Positions 18,398-27,388 of a stretch of DNA of 64,000 bases are shown here, in pieces. The stretch's first letter is position 1, and the number at the start of each line of letters is the position of its first letter. Under the pieces are notes generated by a model. That model was not told the DNA's origin. It saw nothing but the letters and a program-made list of their open reading frames with translations, and made no database searches. A program made the translations under genes and the position numbers. Source of the stretch: a virus; the IMG/VR virus record IMGVR_UViG_3300050821_007016, positions 1-64,000 of that record, one strand, 5' to 3'.

Positions 18398-19096
18398 CTA
18401 CCATTCACTAACGACGAAGATGCCGGGCGCGCTCGGCGGCGGCGGGCCAGCTGCCGGCGCCCACGCCACGCCGACGAGGATCGACGACGAGCCGGTCGAG
18501 GCCGTCGAGGCGGTGACCGTCACCGAACCGGTCGAGGTCGTATGGGCGGCGCTGCAGTCCGAGCTTCCGCCGGAGCCGGTGACCGACGTGTAGTAGTCCT
18601 GCGTGGCGTTGGTCCACGACATGCTGTCGACGATGCCGCCGCGATTCATGAACGCCTCGGCCGACCCGCCTCCCGCCGGCACCGAGATCGAGAACGACGG
18701 GTTGTCCGTCGTCGATGTAGCCGTCACCGCCGAGGACGGCGACGACTGGCTGCCGGTCAGGGCATAAAGCGCGCACTGCATGCGGTCGGAGGTGGCGGCT
18801 GTGGACAGCGTCACCACCACGTTGCCGGACGTCCCGGTCGGCACGGCGGCGTACCAGGCGTCGCCGATCAGTGCATTGTCGCCGGAGGTGATCTGCGCGT
18901 TGGTGACCTGCGTCGCGGTGACGCCGGCGATCGTGACGGATGAATAGGATGCACCGGTCTGGTTGACGCGGTCGGTGAGGATCGCCTGCAGGATTCGGTC
19001 GGACGACGGGGTGCCGAGGTTGAGCGCGGAGAACGTGACGACGTTGCTGGTCGAGCCGTCCGTGCCCTTGTCGACGTTGGTATAGCTGAAGGCCAT
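18398..19096 (-). CDS. Ser/Thr-rich beta-sandwich virion (adhesin-like) protein, C-terminus ...GIFVVSEW
   Basis: TFSALNLGTPSSDR...SSVTIAGVTATQ...AAVPTGTSGNVVVT; resembles fibre-tip domains. Confidence 0.7.
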   Translation of the reverse strand: MAFSYTNVDKGTDGSTSNVVTFSALNLGTPSSDRILQAILTDRVNQTGASYSSVTIAGVTATQVTNAQITSGDNALIGDAWYAAVPTGTSGNVVVTLSTAATSDRMQCALYALTGSQSSPSSAVTATSTTDNPSFSISVPAGGGSAEAFMNRGGIVDSMSWTNATQDYYTSVTGSGGSSDCSAAHTTSTGSVTVTASTASTGSSSILVGVAWAPAAGPPPPSAPGIFVVSEW

Positions 19097-19100
19097 TGTG

Positions 19101-19748
19101 TCACCACTCCGACGATGCGATGCCGAGGATGTTCGGCACGATGACGCCGCCGGAGGGCGGCAGCCAAGAGTAGGCTTGTATCATCGCGCCGGAGCCGGAG
19201 GACGCGTTGGTGAACCCCACCGTCTGCGCGCCCGCCGCGCCGACGTTGAGATTGTACTCCGCCTGGTCGAACTGGATGATGTCGTCCAGACCCATGCTCG
19301 TATAGCCGCCGGCCGCGGAGGCGCTGCCGCCGAGGTTGAGCAGCTGACCCACGACCAGGGCGTTCGCTCCGCCGGTCGTGATGCCGATGCTGATGTTGGC
19401 GCCGCTCGTGCTCGAATTGCCGACCGAGGTATCGTAGGTGGCCGGGCCACCGAGGACCTGGAAGGCCCAGAACTGGCTCGTCGGCGTCCCGCTGAGCCCA
19501 AGCGTGAACGTCTTGCTTCCCCCCGAGCTGAGCGTGCAGTCGGCCATCTGCATCTGCCAGAAGCCGGACAGCTGCGTCCCCCTGAGGTTGACCGTCTCTC
19601 CGGGGCAGGTGATGCCGGACACGGTGGTGGGCTCCGTCATGTAGCCGATGATCACGGTTTGGCCCGCCGTGCACCCGGTAAGGGTGAGCACGTTGGTGGC
19701 CGTGCTGGAGTCGTTGAAGACCGGAGAGACGCCGAGGGTGAAGGCCAA
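19101..19748 (-). CDS. Beta-sandwich virion (adhesin-like) protein, C-terminus ...LGIASSEW
   Basis: TTG start with AGGGG RBS; same size and pattern as its neighbour. Confidence 0.7.
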   Translation of the reverse strand: MAFTLGVSPVFNDSSTATNVLTLTGCTAGQTVIIGYMTEPTTVSGITCPGETVNLRGTQLSGFWQMQMADCTLSSGGSKTFTLGLSGTPTSQFWAFQVLGGPATYDTSVGNSSTSGANISIGITTGGANALVVGQLLNLGGSASAAGGYTSMGLDDIIQFDQAEYNLNVGAAGAQTVGFTNASSGSGAMIQAYSWLPPSGGVIVPNILGIASSEW

Positions 19749-19761
19749 ATGATTTCCCCTG

Positions 19762-21762
19762 TCAGAGCTGCGGGAAGTTGAAGCCGCCCCGGATGTAGTT
19801 GTTGGCCGCGTTGGCGGTGTAAGGGACCGACCAGACGCCGCGGCCGCGGTTGCGGGCGTTGTTGATGAAGTCGATGGTGGTGCCGGCGCCGCCGATGCTG
19901 GTGCTGTAGCTGCCGAGGGTGCGGCCGGGCGCCGGGAATGGTTCGCCGGGCTGGCCGCTATTGATTCCCTGCGGATCGAGGGAGTTGCCGGAGAGCGTGA
20001 GGCCCGTGGCCTGATTGTCTATGCCGCCGAAGGAGATCGCGTCGCCGTTGCCGACCGCCGCGAGCGAGTTGGCCGCCAGCGTGACCGTGGTCGACGTGGC
20101 GCTGCTGGTGACGCCGAGGAACGTGTTGGTCGTGGCGTCGATGACGGTGTAGTTGTTCCCGGCGTTGGTTTGGATGAACGACGGCACCGAGGCGAAGTGC
20201 AGCACGGCGCTCGCCGTCGAGGTGGTGCCGTTGGTGATGGCGCTGGCCCCGGCCGTCTGGTTATAGACGATGTTGTTGGTGACGGTGTCCGAGGTCAGCG
20301 TGTGGAAGAGGGTCGCGGTGCCGCTGGAGCTGGCGTTGACGCTGATGGTCAGCGTGCCGTTCGCCCCGGCCGTGGTGAATCCGGACGCGGCCGTGACCGT
20401 CGCCGTGCCGTTGCCCGGCAGCCTGGCCGGGCACGAGATGATCATCCCGTTCGGCCAGCCAAGATTGTTGTAATCGTTGTTGCTGTTGTCGACGTTGGTG
20501 ATGGTGTTCTGATTGAGGGTGAAGTTGCCGGTGACCTGGTAGCCGTTGCTGCTGTTGCCGTCCTGAACCTGGATGCCGAACCCCGAAAGGCTGGTGCTGA
20601 TGCCGTTGGAGATGATGTTGTGGTCAATGGTTGAAGGTGCGCCGCCGTTGTTGAGCAGGCCCTCACCGTCCGACTCCGCCAACGCCCCGGTGATGTCGGT
20701 CGATTCCTGCACCACGTTGTAGGAGATGACGCTGGGGCCGATGCCGATGTTGATGGCCCCCGCCGGTCGAATGAAGAGGTTGTCGTAGACGGTGCCGCCC
20801 GGGCGAATCTGCTCGCTGCTGGCAGGCTGCGAGCAGATGTTGTTTCGGAAATAACCCGGCCCGGTGCCGACCACCGCGATGTAGACGTTGTGGTTGAGGT
20901 TGCACATGATGGCGCCGGTGACGCTGGCGTTCCAGCCGTTGTGGTCGAACGTGCAGTCGTCGATCACCCAGTTGTTCTCGATGTTCGACAGGAAGATGCC
21001 CTGCGACTCGCCGGGCTGATCGTTGAGGTGCGAGTTGGCGTTGTAGTTGTCGACGAAGATGCACTTCCGGATCCATAGTCCGTTGAAGTCCAGCGGCTCC
21101 CAGATGATGCTGTCCCAGAAGAAGCGGAACAGGCAGTCCTCGAACAGGAATTTGCTTCCGACGCTGTTGTTGTTGTTGAAGAAGCCGTCGATCTCCAGCG
21201 TGGTATCGCCGGACACGAAGCCTCCGTTGTTGGGGTCGCGGCTATAGGCGTAGAAGTCCCAGCCGACGATCGCGACGTTGTTGCATTTCTGGAGGTTGTC
21301 CATGAAGATTATGGCGCCGCCCGCGCCGACGTGCGCGACGCTCGACTGGATGCTGGGTCGCGCTCCCGTGCCGTAGGTCGTGCAGACGATCATGCCGCTG
21401 GCGGTGTGGTCGCCGTAGACGGTGAACGCTGGCGAGATCACCGCGCCGGGGCCGGAGAAGCTGCCGAAGCTGCTTAAGTCGTCGTTCAGGAACGTGTCGC
21501 CCTGGTTGAGTAGCAGCCAGTCCGGCTTGCCGTCGCGGATTAACGATAGCCCTTTGCTGATGGTTTTGACCGGACTGGCTTGTGTGCCGGGATTAGTGTC
21601 CAGACCCGCGTTGGCGACGTAGATTTGATTTGTCCCCGTATTGGCGGGGTTGTTCCCCTGCAAGACCGGCGCGGTCGGCGTGAACGTGGTGAAGCCGTTG
21701 TTGCCGGGCGCCTGCTGGACCGGAAACTGGATTATCGGGGCGAGAGGTCCGGTCCTGTACAT
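19762..21762 (-). CDS. Right-handed parallel beta-helix protein (depolymerase/adhesin-like)
   Basis: Start re-called to ATG 21762. IYVANAGLDTNPGTQASPVKTISKG, DWLLLNQGDTF, YGTGARP, Asn-ladder repeats (IDDCTFDHNGW, HNVYI, FRNNI, IDHNII). Confidence 0.8.
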   Translation of the reverse strand: MYRTGPLAPIIQFPVQQAPGNNGFTTFTPTAPVLQGNNPANTGTNQIYVANAGLDTNPGTQASPVKTISKGLSLIRDGKPDWLLLNQGDTFLNDDLSSFGSFSGPGAVISPAFTVYGDHTASGMIVCTTYGTGARPSIQSSVAHVGAGGAIIFMDNLQKCNNVAIVGWDFYAYSRDPNNGGFVSGDTTLEIDGFFNNNNSVGSKFLFEDCLFRFFWDSIIWEPLDFNGLWIRKCIFVDNYNANSHLNDQPGESQGIFLSNIENNWVIDDCTFDHNGWNASVTGAIMCNLNHNVYIAVVGTGPGYFRNNICSQPASSEQIRPGGTVYDNLFIRPAGAINIGIGPSVISYNVVQESTDITGALAESDGEGLLNNGGAPSTIDHNIISNGISTSLSGFGIQVQDGNSSNGYQVTGNFTLNQNTITNVDNSNNDYNNLGWPNGMIISCPARLPGNGTATVTAASGFTTAGANGTLTISVNASSSGTATLFHTLTSDTVTNNIVYNQTAGASAITNGTTSTASAVLHFASVPSFIQTNAGNNYTVIDATTNTFLGVTSSATSTTVTLAANSLAAVGNGDAISFGGIDNQATGLTLSGNSLDPQGINSGQPGEPFPAPGRTLGSYSTSIGGAGTTIDFINNARNRGRGVWSVPYTANAANNYIRGGFNFPQL

Positions 21763-24092
21763 TCCCTGAGTGCCCTCGCCACGTCGTCGATCACGTCCTT
21801 CCAGTAGCCGGGCGTGTCGAACTCGCGCTGCCGAAACAGCCGAATCGAAGGGTACCACGGGCTGGCCTCGTTCCACGAGGCTCCCGGGTGCCAGCACATG
21901 AAGTGCCAGCTCGCGCCGTCGCGCTGCATCATCACCCACGTCGGCTTGCCCATCGCCCCGGCCAGGTGCGCCACCGCCGTGTCGACCGTGATCACCAGGT
22001 CGAGGTTGTCGATTAGCGCCGCCGTCTCCTCGAAGTTGGGCTCCTTCGACAGCAGGTCGCATATCTTGTGGCCATGCTCCTCGCGGCCATCGCCGACCAT
22101 CAGGCTGACCAGCGCGTCGTCATTTTCGATCGCGCCCAGCAGCGGGATGCAGTCCGAGAACCGCATCGACTTCATCCGGCCGTAGCGCTCCAGCCAGATG
22201 CTCTGCGTCTTGCGGATGCCCGATGACCAGCACAGGCCGATCTTGCGCCCCTTGACCTCGGCCAGCAGCTCGGCGAACCCCTGCGAGAGCTTGGGGTCCG
22301 CCTTGAGGTACGGTCCGTCCCACGGCACCGTGTCGATGTCGGTCCCGAACGCATAGGGGAGATCGCCGATCGGGACGTGGTAGTCGATCGTCGGCGGCAG
22401 GCCGACCACCCCGGGGTAGTCGCTCGCCATCGTCACGCACTCCACCTGCGGGAAGTTGCGCCGCGCCAGCGAGAGCATCTCGTCCCCGACCTCGTAGCGG
22501 ACGTGGAAGCCGCGCTCGACCATCAGCGGGAAGTACCGCCACATCGAGATGTTGTCGCCGTAGCCGGCCTCCTGGTGGACGTGGATGACGGCCTTGCGCC
22601 CGTCCAGCTGCGCAGGCTGGTCGACGCTGCCCTCCCAGCGCGGCGCCAGGAAGCGATGGTGCGGCACATAGAGCGCGTACTGCGTGACCTCGTGCGGACC
22701 CCACACCGAGTGCTCCGCGAAGCTCTCCTTGTAGCGGCCGAGGCACTGCAGCGGCAGCGACCGGTTCCAGTGCGCCATCGGCAGGTTACGGCAGTTCAGC
22801 TCGATCGCCTTGTCGAAGTACTCGATCGCCTTCTCGTGGCGCGCGAGCCGGTACTCGATCATCGCCAACAGGTGCCACGCGTCGCCCTTGCGCGCGCCGA
22901 CCTCCAGCATGGAGCGGCACATCTTCCGCACGGTGTCATAGTCGCGGGAGTCCAGCGCGATCACGCCGCGGTTCAGCAGCGCGTCGCAGAATTCATTCGG
23001 GTTGTCGCCTTTGAACGCAGCCTCGATCTGGCGGTCGTAGGCGCGGATCGTCGCCTCGGTGTCCATCAAGTCGCTCTCGACTCCCCCCAGCGTCTGCCAC
23101 GCCAGAGGGTTGTCCGGGGCAATCTCGGTGGCGATCTCCGCGTGGCGCCGCGCCGCCTTGATCGCGCCGGCCGCCACCATCGACTTCACCAGGTCGCAGC
23201 GGTGCTCGATGCATTGCGGGTCGGCGTCCAGCGCCATGAAGAACCAGTCGGCCGCGAAGCCGAACCGCTTCATCTCATGGGCGTTCGTCCCGAAGTTGGC
23301 GCAAGCTTCCGCGCGGGCGATCCGCCACTTGCCGCTCTTGAACGGCGGCTGCGTCAGGTACATCACCAGCCGGTACAGCCGGTCGGCCGCCAGCATGTTG
23401 CCTTCCTCGACGTGCCTCCTGGCGCGCAGGACCACCTGCTCCAGCGAGCTGACGTCCGAGGTCGGTCCCGTCATTCGAGTGAACCCGACCTGGTACTCGC
23501 AAAATTCGATCTCGGCCCCGACCGATAGCGCGTACTCCGCGACCAGCCCGCCTTTGCCGAGTATTTTTCTCTGTGGATAATCGTCGAGTAGGCTCATGCT
23601 GTCGTCCACCGCGACCATCGATTCCTCGCGCAGCGACGGCATGATCGCCATTAGCTCGTTGAAGTGGTGGACCTGCGAGACGGTCTCCGCAGACCAGTCG
23701 TGCGACGACGCGTCGAGGTAGAGCAGGTCGACCACGATCTCCGGTCCGGAGATGAGCTTGAGCCCTTGCACGCTGTCGATGTTCATGACCGTGACGTTCG
23801 GGCACAGCTTGCATGCCCGCGCTGCCTTCTCCGCGTCGATCTCGAACGACATCGCGGTCGATGGCGGGTGCGTCTCGATGTACTTATCGAACAGGATCGT
23901 GCTGCAGCCATTGCCGGCCCAGTTGTCCGGCTCCTCGATGCAGCCGGTCTCGACGATCCGCACCTGGCGGTCGAACTTGTCGAGGTGCTCGAACATCCGA
24001 CGGAACGACCCGTCCCTGCGGGTCGGCCGCCACTTGGCGAGCCTCGGCGCGGCGTACTCGTCGAACCACTTCCAGAACTCGGCTGACCTCAT
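21732..24092 (-). CDS. SAM methyltransferase - TPR - GT-B glycosyltransferase (GT9-like) fusion
   Basis: Start re-called to ATG 24092 (ATGA overlap). IVETG...DLLYLD...VAVDD...GKG (Methyltransf_24-like); TPRs (PDNPLAWQTLG, DAWHLLA, AHWNRS); EAGYGD, DYHVPIGDLP, IGLCWS, TAALIDNLDLVITVDTAVAHLAGAMGKP, SPWYPSIRLFRQ. Confidence 0.88.
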   Translation of the reverse strand: MRSAEFWKWFDEYAAPRLAKWRPTRRDGSFRRMFEHLDKFDRQVRIVETGCIEEPDNWAGNGCSTILFDKYIETHPPSTAMSFEIDAEKAARACKLCPNVTVMNIDSVQGLKLISGPEIVVDLLYLDASSHDWSAETVSQVHHFNELMAIMPSLREESMVAVDDSMSLLDDYPQRKILGKGGLVAEYALSVGAEIEFCEYQVGFTRMTGPTSDVSSLEQVVLRARRHVEEGNMLAADRLYRLVMYLTQPPFKSGKWRIARAEACANFGTNAHEMKRFGFAADWFFMALDADPQCIEHRCDLVKSMVAAGAIKAARRHAEIATEIAPDNPLAWQTLGGVESDLMDTEATIRAYDRQIEAAFKGDNPNEFCDALLNRGVIALDSRDYDTVRKMCRSMLEVGARKGDAWHLLAMIEYRLARHEKAIEYFDKAIELNCRNLPMAHWNRSLPLQCLGRYKESFAEHSVWGPHEVTQYALYVPHHRFLAPRWEGSVDQPAQLDGRKAVIHVHQEAGYGDNISMWRYFPLMVERGFHVRYEVGDEMLSLARRNFPQVECVTMASDYPGVVGLPPTIDYHVPIGDLPYAFGTDIDTVPWDGPYLKADPKLSQGFAELLAEVKGRKIGLCWSSGIRKTQSIWLERYGRMKSMRFSDCIPLLGAIENDDALVSLMVGDGREEHGHKICDLLSKEPNFEETAALIDNLDLVITVDTAVAHLAGAMGKPTWVMMQRDGASWHFMCWHPGASWNEASPWYPSIRLFRQREFDTPGYWKDVIDDVARALRECTGPDLSPR

Positions 24093-24607
24093 AGCACCCC
24101 GTCTCCCCCGGTGCTGAGCGCGCCAGTGCGGCCGACCCTGCGCTGGGTGTCGTCGTTGGCGAACCGCACCCCGCAGTGCGGGCACGCCTTCCACGACAGC
24201 TCGATCCGACCATCGCAGGAGAAGCAGACCGGGTCCGGCGCGCGGCCGCCCGGCAGTTTCGCGTCCTTCGGGTGGATATAGGTCTGGTTCTCGCCGACGA
24301 AGCCGTCGTCATAGTAGCGGACCTCGCCGGTCCCGGCGCAGCGCTTGCACTCCCAGCCGCGGCCCTTGCAGTCCGGGCACTCGCCCTTGACGTAGTGATG
24401 CCAGGGGCAGCCCAGCTTCTTGCCCATGACTATCACGTGGTCGGTGCCGGGCTCGTGCTTGGCGCAGCCGAAGTCGGCGTCGGTCTCGATCTTGAGCTGC
24501 TCGCACGCGCCCTTACCCTCGGCGCATTGCAGGTTGAAGATGCGGTCGCCGTTCTCGTAGTCGGTGACCCGCGCGGTGATCCAGTGCAGGCAGTCGGAGC
24601 AGCTCAT
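24089..24607 (-). CDS. Multi-zinc-finger protein (DnaJ-type CxxCxGxG pair plus zinc ribbons)
   Basis: CSDC, CPDCKGRG, CKRCAGTG, CFSC, CPHC. Confidence 0.7.
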   Translation of the reverse strand: MSCSDCLHWITARVTDYENGDRIFNLQCAEGKGACEQLKIETDADFGCAKHEPGTDHVIVMGKKLGCPWHHYVKGECPDCKGRGWECKRCAGTGEVRYYDDGFVGENQTYIHPKDAKLPGGRAPDPVCFSCDGRIELSWKACPHCGVRFANDDTQRRVGRTGALSTGGDGVL

Positions 24608-24849
24608 TTCACCACCGTCAGAACGGCCTCTTCGGGGTTGACGTGCTGGTTAACCAGGTCCCGCCCGATCGCATAGGTCAGGATGCGCTCGATCGAATCC
24701 CTCTCTTGCTGGTGCAGGCAATTGTGGCCGAGCAGAAGGACCGAGTAGAACTTCCGTCTGTCCCCGTCGTCGGCGAACTGATCCGCCACCGCGCCCAGCA
24801 GAAGGGAAATGTCGGTATTGATTGATGCTTTTCGTTTTGCGTTGGCCAT
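24604..24849 (-). CDS. Hypothetical protein
   Basis: AGGAG RBS before ATG 24849; GTGA/ATGA coupling downstream. Confidence 0.6.
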   Translation of the reverse strand: MANAKRKASINTDISLLLGAVADQFADDGDRRKFYSVLLLGHNCLHQQERDSIERILTYAIGRDLVNQHVNPEEAVLTVVK

Positions 24850-24872
24850 CGTTCTTCTCCTTTGTTTGGGTT

Positions 24873-25181
24873 TCAGTAGCAGCGCCAAGCCTGCATGTGG
24901 ATGCGCGAGTTAATGTAGTGCTCCGTCTCCGCCATCTCAGCCCGCCGCTCGTAGGGGACGCACGGCTTGCCGACGCACTTCAGGCAGATCAGCTTCATGC
25001 AGCCGCGGCAGATGTCGACGTGGTCCATCATGACGCGGCGGGACGGAAACGCCGTGAGGGCTTGGCAGTGGCTGCATGTCGAGGAGTGATCCTCGATCTC
25101 AGTCCCGGTCTCGCCGTCGAAGAAGACGTTGATGCCGCCGGGTCTGAACTTGAGCAGTGCAGGCAAGAGATCGACCCCCAT
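24873..25181 (-). CDS. Cys-rich zinc-binding hypothetical protein
   Basis: TCSHC...ICRGCMKLICLKC...CVPYE. Confidence 0.65.
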   Translation of the reverse strand: MGVDLLPALLKFRPGGINVFFDGETGTEIEDHSSTCSHCQALTAFPSRRVMMDHVDICRGCMKLICLKCVGKPCVPYERRAEMAETEHYINSRIHMQAWRCY

Positions 25182-25249
25182 AAAAAGCTGCGGCCCCGTG
25201 TTCTTTCACACAGGGCCGCTGAATTCGTCAAGGGACTTTTTGCTCTAAC

Positions 25250-25732
25250 TCAGCGCTCGATGAAGGAGATGGTGCCGACCGCCGAGGCCGCATAGCCCGA
25301 GGTGAGCGAGGCGCATCGGAGGCCAAGGGCGCTCGCCGACGCCGGGAGGATGATGTTGTCTCCGTCATCCAAGGCGCGCCAGCGGTAGCTTCCGCGCTGG
25401 TTGATGCCCCATTGCTTCAGGTTGAGGCCGAGGCCGCCGGTCGTGTAGTTGGTCGGCTCGGCGGTCGCCGCGTTCATGAACAGCGTGGCCGCGACGTAGT
25501 CGGCCGGGTCAAGCAGGTTGGCCGCGAGCGTGGTGCCGGTCATGCCCGCCGTCGAGGGGGCGCGGGAGAGGTCCCAGAGCATCGCCGCGTCCTGGGAGGC
25601 GTAGACGCCGAACTGTCCAAGCTCCACCTCATAGATTTGCGCCCGCTTCGTGCCGCCGCCCCAGAGGATGCCGCCGGTCTTCAGGACGGTGCCAACGCCG
25701 TTGTAGAGCACGTAAGCAGAGAAGTTTGCCAT
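25250..25732 (-). CDS. Putative virion appendage subunit (small all-beta protein)
   Basis: GAGGA RBS; RAQIYEV, LDPAD, EPT, GINQRGSYRWRA, IILP, terminal F.E. Confidence 0.7.
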   Translation of the reverse strand: MANFSAYVLYNGVGTVLKTGGILWGGGTKRAQIYEVELGQFGVYASQDAAMLWDLSRAPSTAGMTGTTLAANLLDPADYVAATLFMNAATAEPTNYTTGGLGLNLKQWGINQRGSYRWRALDDGDNIILPASASALGLRCASLTSGYAASAVGTISFIER

Positions 25733-25768
25733 GACCGTAGGTCCTCTTCGGAATCGCCTGGTTGATGA

Positions 25769-25797
25769 TGCTTACCGGAAAAACCGCTCCGGCACAA
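25769..25797 (-). promoter_or_regulatory. Candidate internal promoter (TTGTGC-N17-TAAGCA)
   Basis: Intergenic, upstream of the appendage block; spacer holds a CCGGA/TCCGG inverted repeat. Confidence 0.35.
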
Positions 25798-25802
25798 TTC
25801 GG

Positions 25803-26441
25803 TTAGTTCATCGCGAAGATTTGGCCGAAGTTGAACACCACGTCGCCGTTGGTGGTCGATGAGTTGCCGGTGATCGCCACGGTGATCGTCGCGTTCTCCG
25901 CGAAGGTCGTCTGCGACGGGGCGATCAGGGCGCCGATCGTGCCGCCGATCTGGGCCGATTCATGGATCGCGTTCTGGGTGTTCGATCCTGCCGCGCCGTA
26001 CTTGCAGAGGATGGCGCCGATCTGCCATCCGCCGGTCGCACTGGACGTGAAGCTCGCGATCGTGGTGCCGCCGCTGACCGTGGCGCCGAGGACCGGGGTC
26101 GTCGGGTTGACGATGATCTTGAGCGTCTTGGCGTTGGCGTTCGGGGCGTTGCCGCCGGCGAAAATCTGGACCTCGCGGTTGGCAATGTCGAACCCATTGG
26201 CCGGGATCGTCATAAGCGAGAGAATCTTGTCCGCCGCGGTCCCGCTGGGAGACCTGCCTGCTGACGGGTTGTCGACGGCGATATTGCCGTCATCGCCCAT
26301 CTGGTTCGGGTTCTGCGCATTGGTGCCGAAGGTAGCCGCGCCGTTGCCGAAGGAGGCGCCGATCGCCCCAGCCTGCGCGGACCCGAACAGCACGTCCCCG
26401 ATCGTCGAGGAGAAGAGGACCAGTTGGCTCTTGAGGGACAT
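25803..26441 (-). CDS. Putative head/neck decoration protein
   Basis: AAAGGAG RBS; Gly/Ala/Thr-rich beta protein among neck genes. Confidence 0.65.
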   Translation of the reverse strand: MSLKSQLVLFSSTIGDVLFGSAQAGAIGASFGNGAATFGTNAQNPNQMGDDGNIAVDNPSAGRSPSGTAADKILSLMTIPANGFDIANREVQIFAGGNAPNANAKTLKIIVNPTTPVLGATVSGGTTIASFTSSATGGWQIGAILCKYGAAGSNTQNAIHESAQIGGTIGALIAPSQTTFAENATITVAITGNSSTTNGDVVFNFGQIFAMN

Positions 26442-26456
26442 GGCCGGCAGTCTCCT

Positions 26457-26903
26457 TTAGGTTTTAACTTCGTAGTCGACGCTGTTGAGCATGTGCCCGG
26501 TGTCGACCAGCGGCTTGTCGCTTCCCTTGCGGCGAATCGTTGCCGGTTTCAGGGGTGGCTCGTTCGTGTCTACAATACTTTGCCGGAGTTGTCCTGCTAT
26601 CGCTTCGCCGGCCAGCGCCAGCGCCTGCGATGCGTCCATGTCGGTGCTCTTGAGCAGTCCGGCGATCGCCTTCGGCCACTCGCTCGACTTGGCGTCGATC
26701 ATGTGCCGGAAGAACGGGCGTGGCGGGATGCCTGCGGCCGGGGCGCCGAACTCCTGGATCGCGGCGATCATCGCCACCGGCTTGCCGTCCGGGTAGGTGG
26801 CGCCCTCCAGGAAACCGACCCGCAGCGTACCACCCCTCGACAGGCCGCGGGCTATCTTCTGCAGCGCGGCCTCCATCTTCTTGCCGCCGCTGATCGTCGC
26901 CAT
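26457..26903 (-). CDS. Neck / tail completion protein (HK97 gp10-like)
   Basis: Start ATG 26903; LRVGFLEGATYPDG...AAIQEFG...IPPRPFFR...KPLVDTGHMLNSVDYEV. Confidence 0.85.
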   Translation of the reverse strand: MATISGGKKMEAALQKIARGLSRGGTLRVGFLEGATYPDGKPVAMIAAIQEFGAPAAGIPPRPFFRHMIDAKSSEWPKAIAGLLKSTDMDASQALALAGEAIAGQLRQSIVDTNEPPLKPATIRRKGSDKPLVDTGHMLNSVDYEVKT

Positions 26904-26995
26904 CAGCAATAACCCCACTTCCAGAGTTGGAACGCCAGCATCAGACCGTTCAAGATGGTCAGCGCGGAAAGGAATATATACGCCCGGGCTTTCAC
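26903..26995 (-). CDS. 30-aa single-TM micropeptide
   Basis: MKARAYIFLSALTILNGLMLAFQLWKWGYC; fills the gap exactly with GTGA and TGATG overlaps. Confidence 0.5.
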   Translation of the reverse strand: MKARAYIFLSALTILNGLMLAFQLWKWGYC

Positions 26996-27354
26996 GTCGC
27001 CGCGGCCTCTGGTTCTGCGTGGGTGGGTTGATATTCCTCAAGCTCGCCATCGCCGGTGGGCGCGGGCGGCGTCTCTGGCGCAGGTGCAGGAGGCTCAGCT
27101 GCCGCCGGCGGGGGCGGCTCCTCGGCGACCGTAGGGGCAGGAATGAATCCGACGGCCACCTTGGCGACCATGCCGTCATCGTCGATCTCGCCGTGCGCGA
27201 CGACCGAGACGTGAGCGTCCTTGCCGTGCTTGTTGGTGACGCCAGCGATCCCGATGCGAACCAGGTGCTTGACCGGCTCCGGCGCGTCGAACTCCAGCAG
27301 CATCGCGTGGGCGATGCCCACGCTCTCGTTCTTGATCTCGAATGCGAATGACAC
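26992..27354 (-). CDS. Hypothetical protein with Pro/Glu-rich tail
   Basis: ORF track; AAGGAG RBS. Confidence 0.55.
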   Translation of the reverse strand: MSFAFEIKNESVGIAHAMLLEFDAPEPVKHLVRIGIAGVTNKHGKDAHVSVVAHGEIDDDGMVAKVAVGFIPAPTVAEEPPPPAAAEPPAPAPETPPAPTGDGELEEYQPTHAEPEAAAT

Positions 27355-27388
27355 CTTTAAATCTCCTTTAAAGTCGCTTTTTAGGTAC

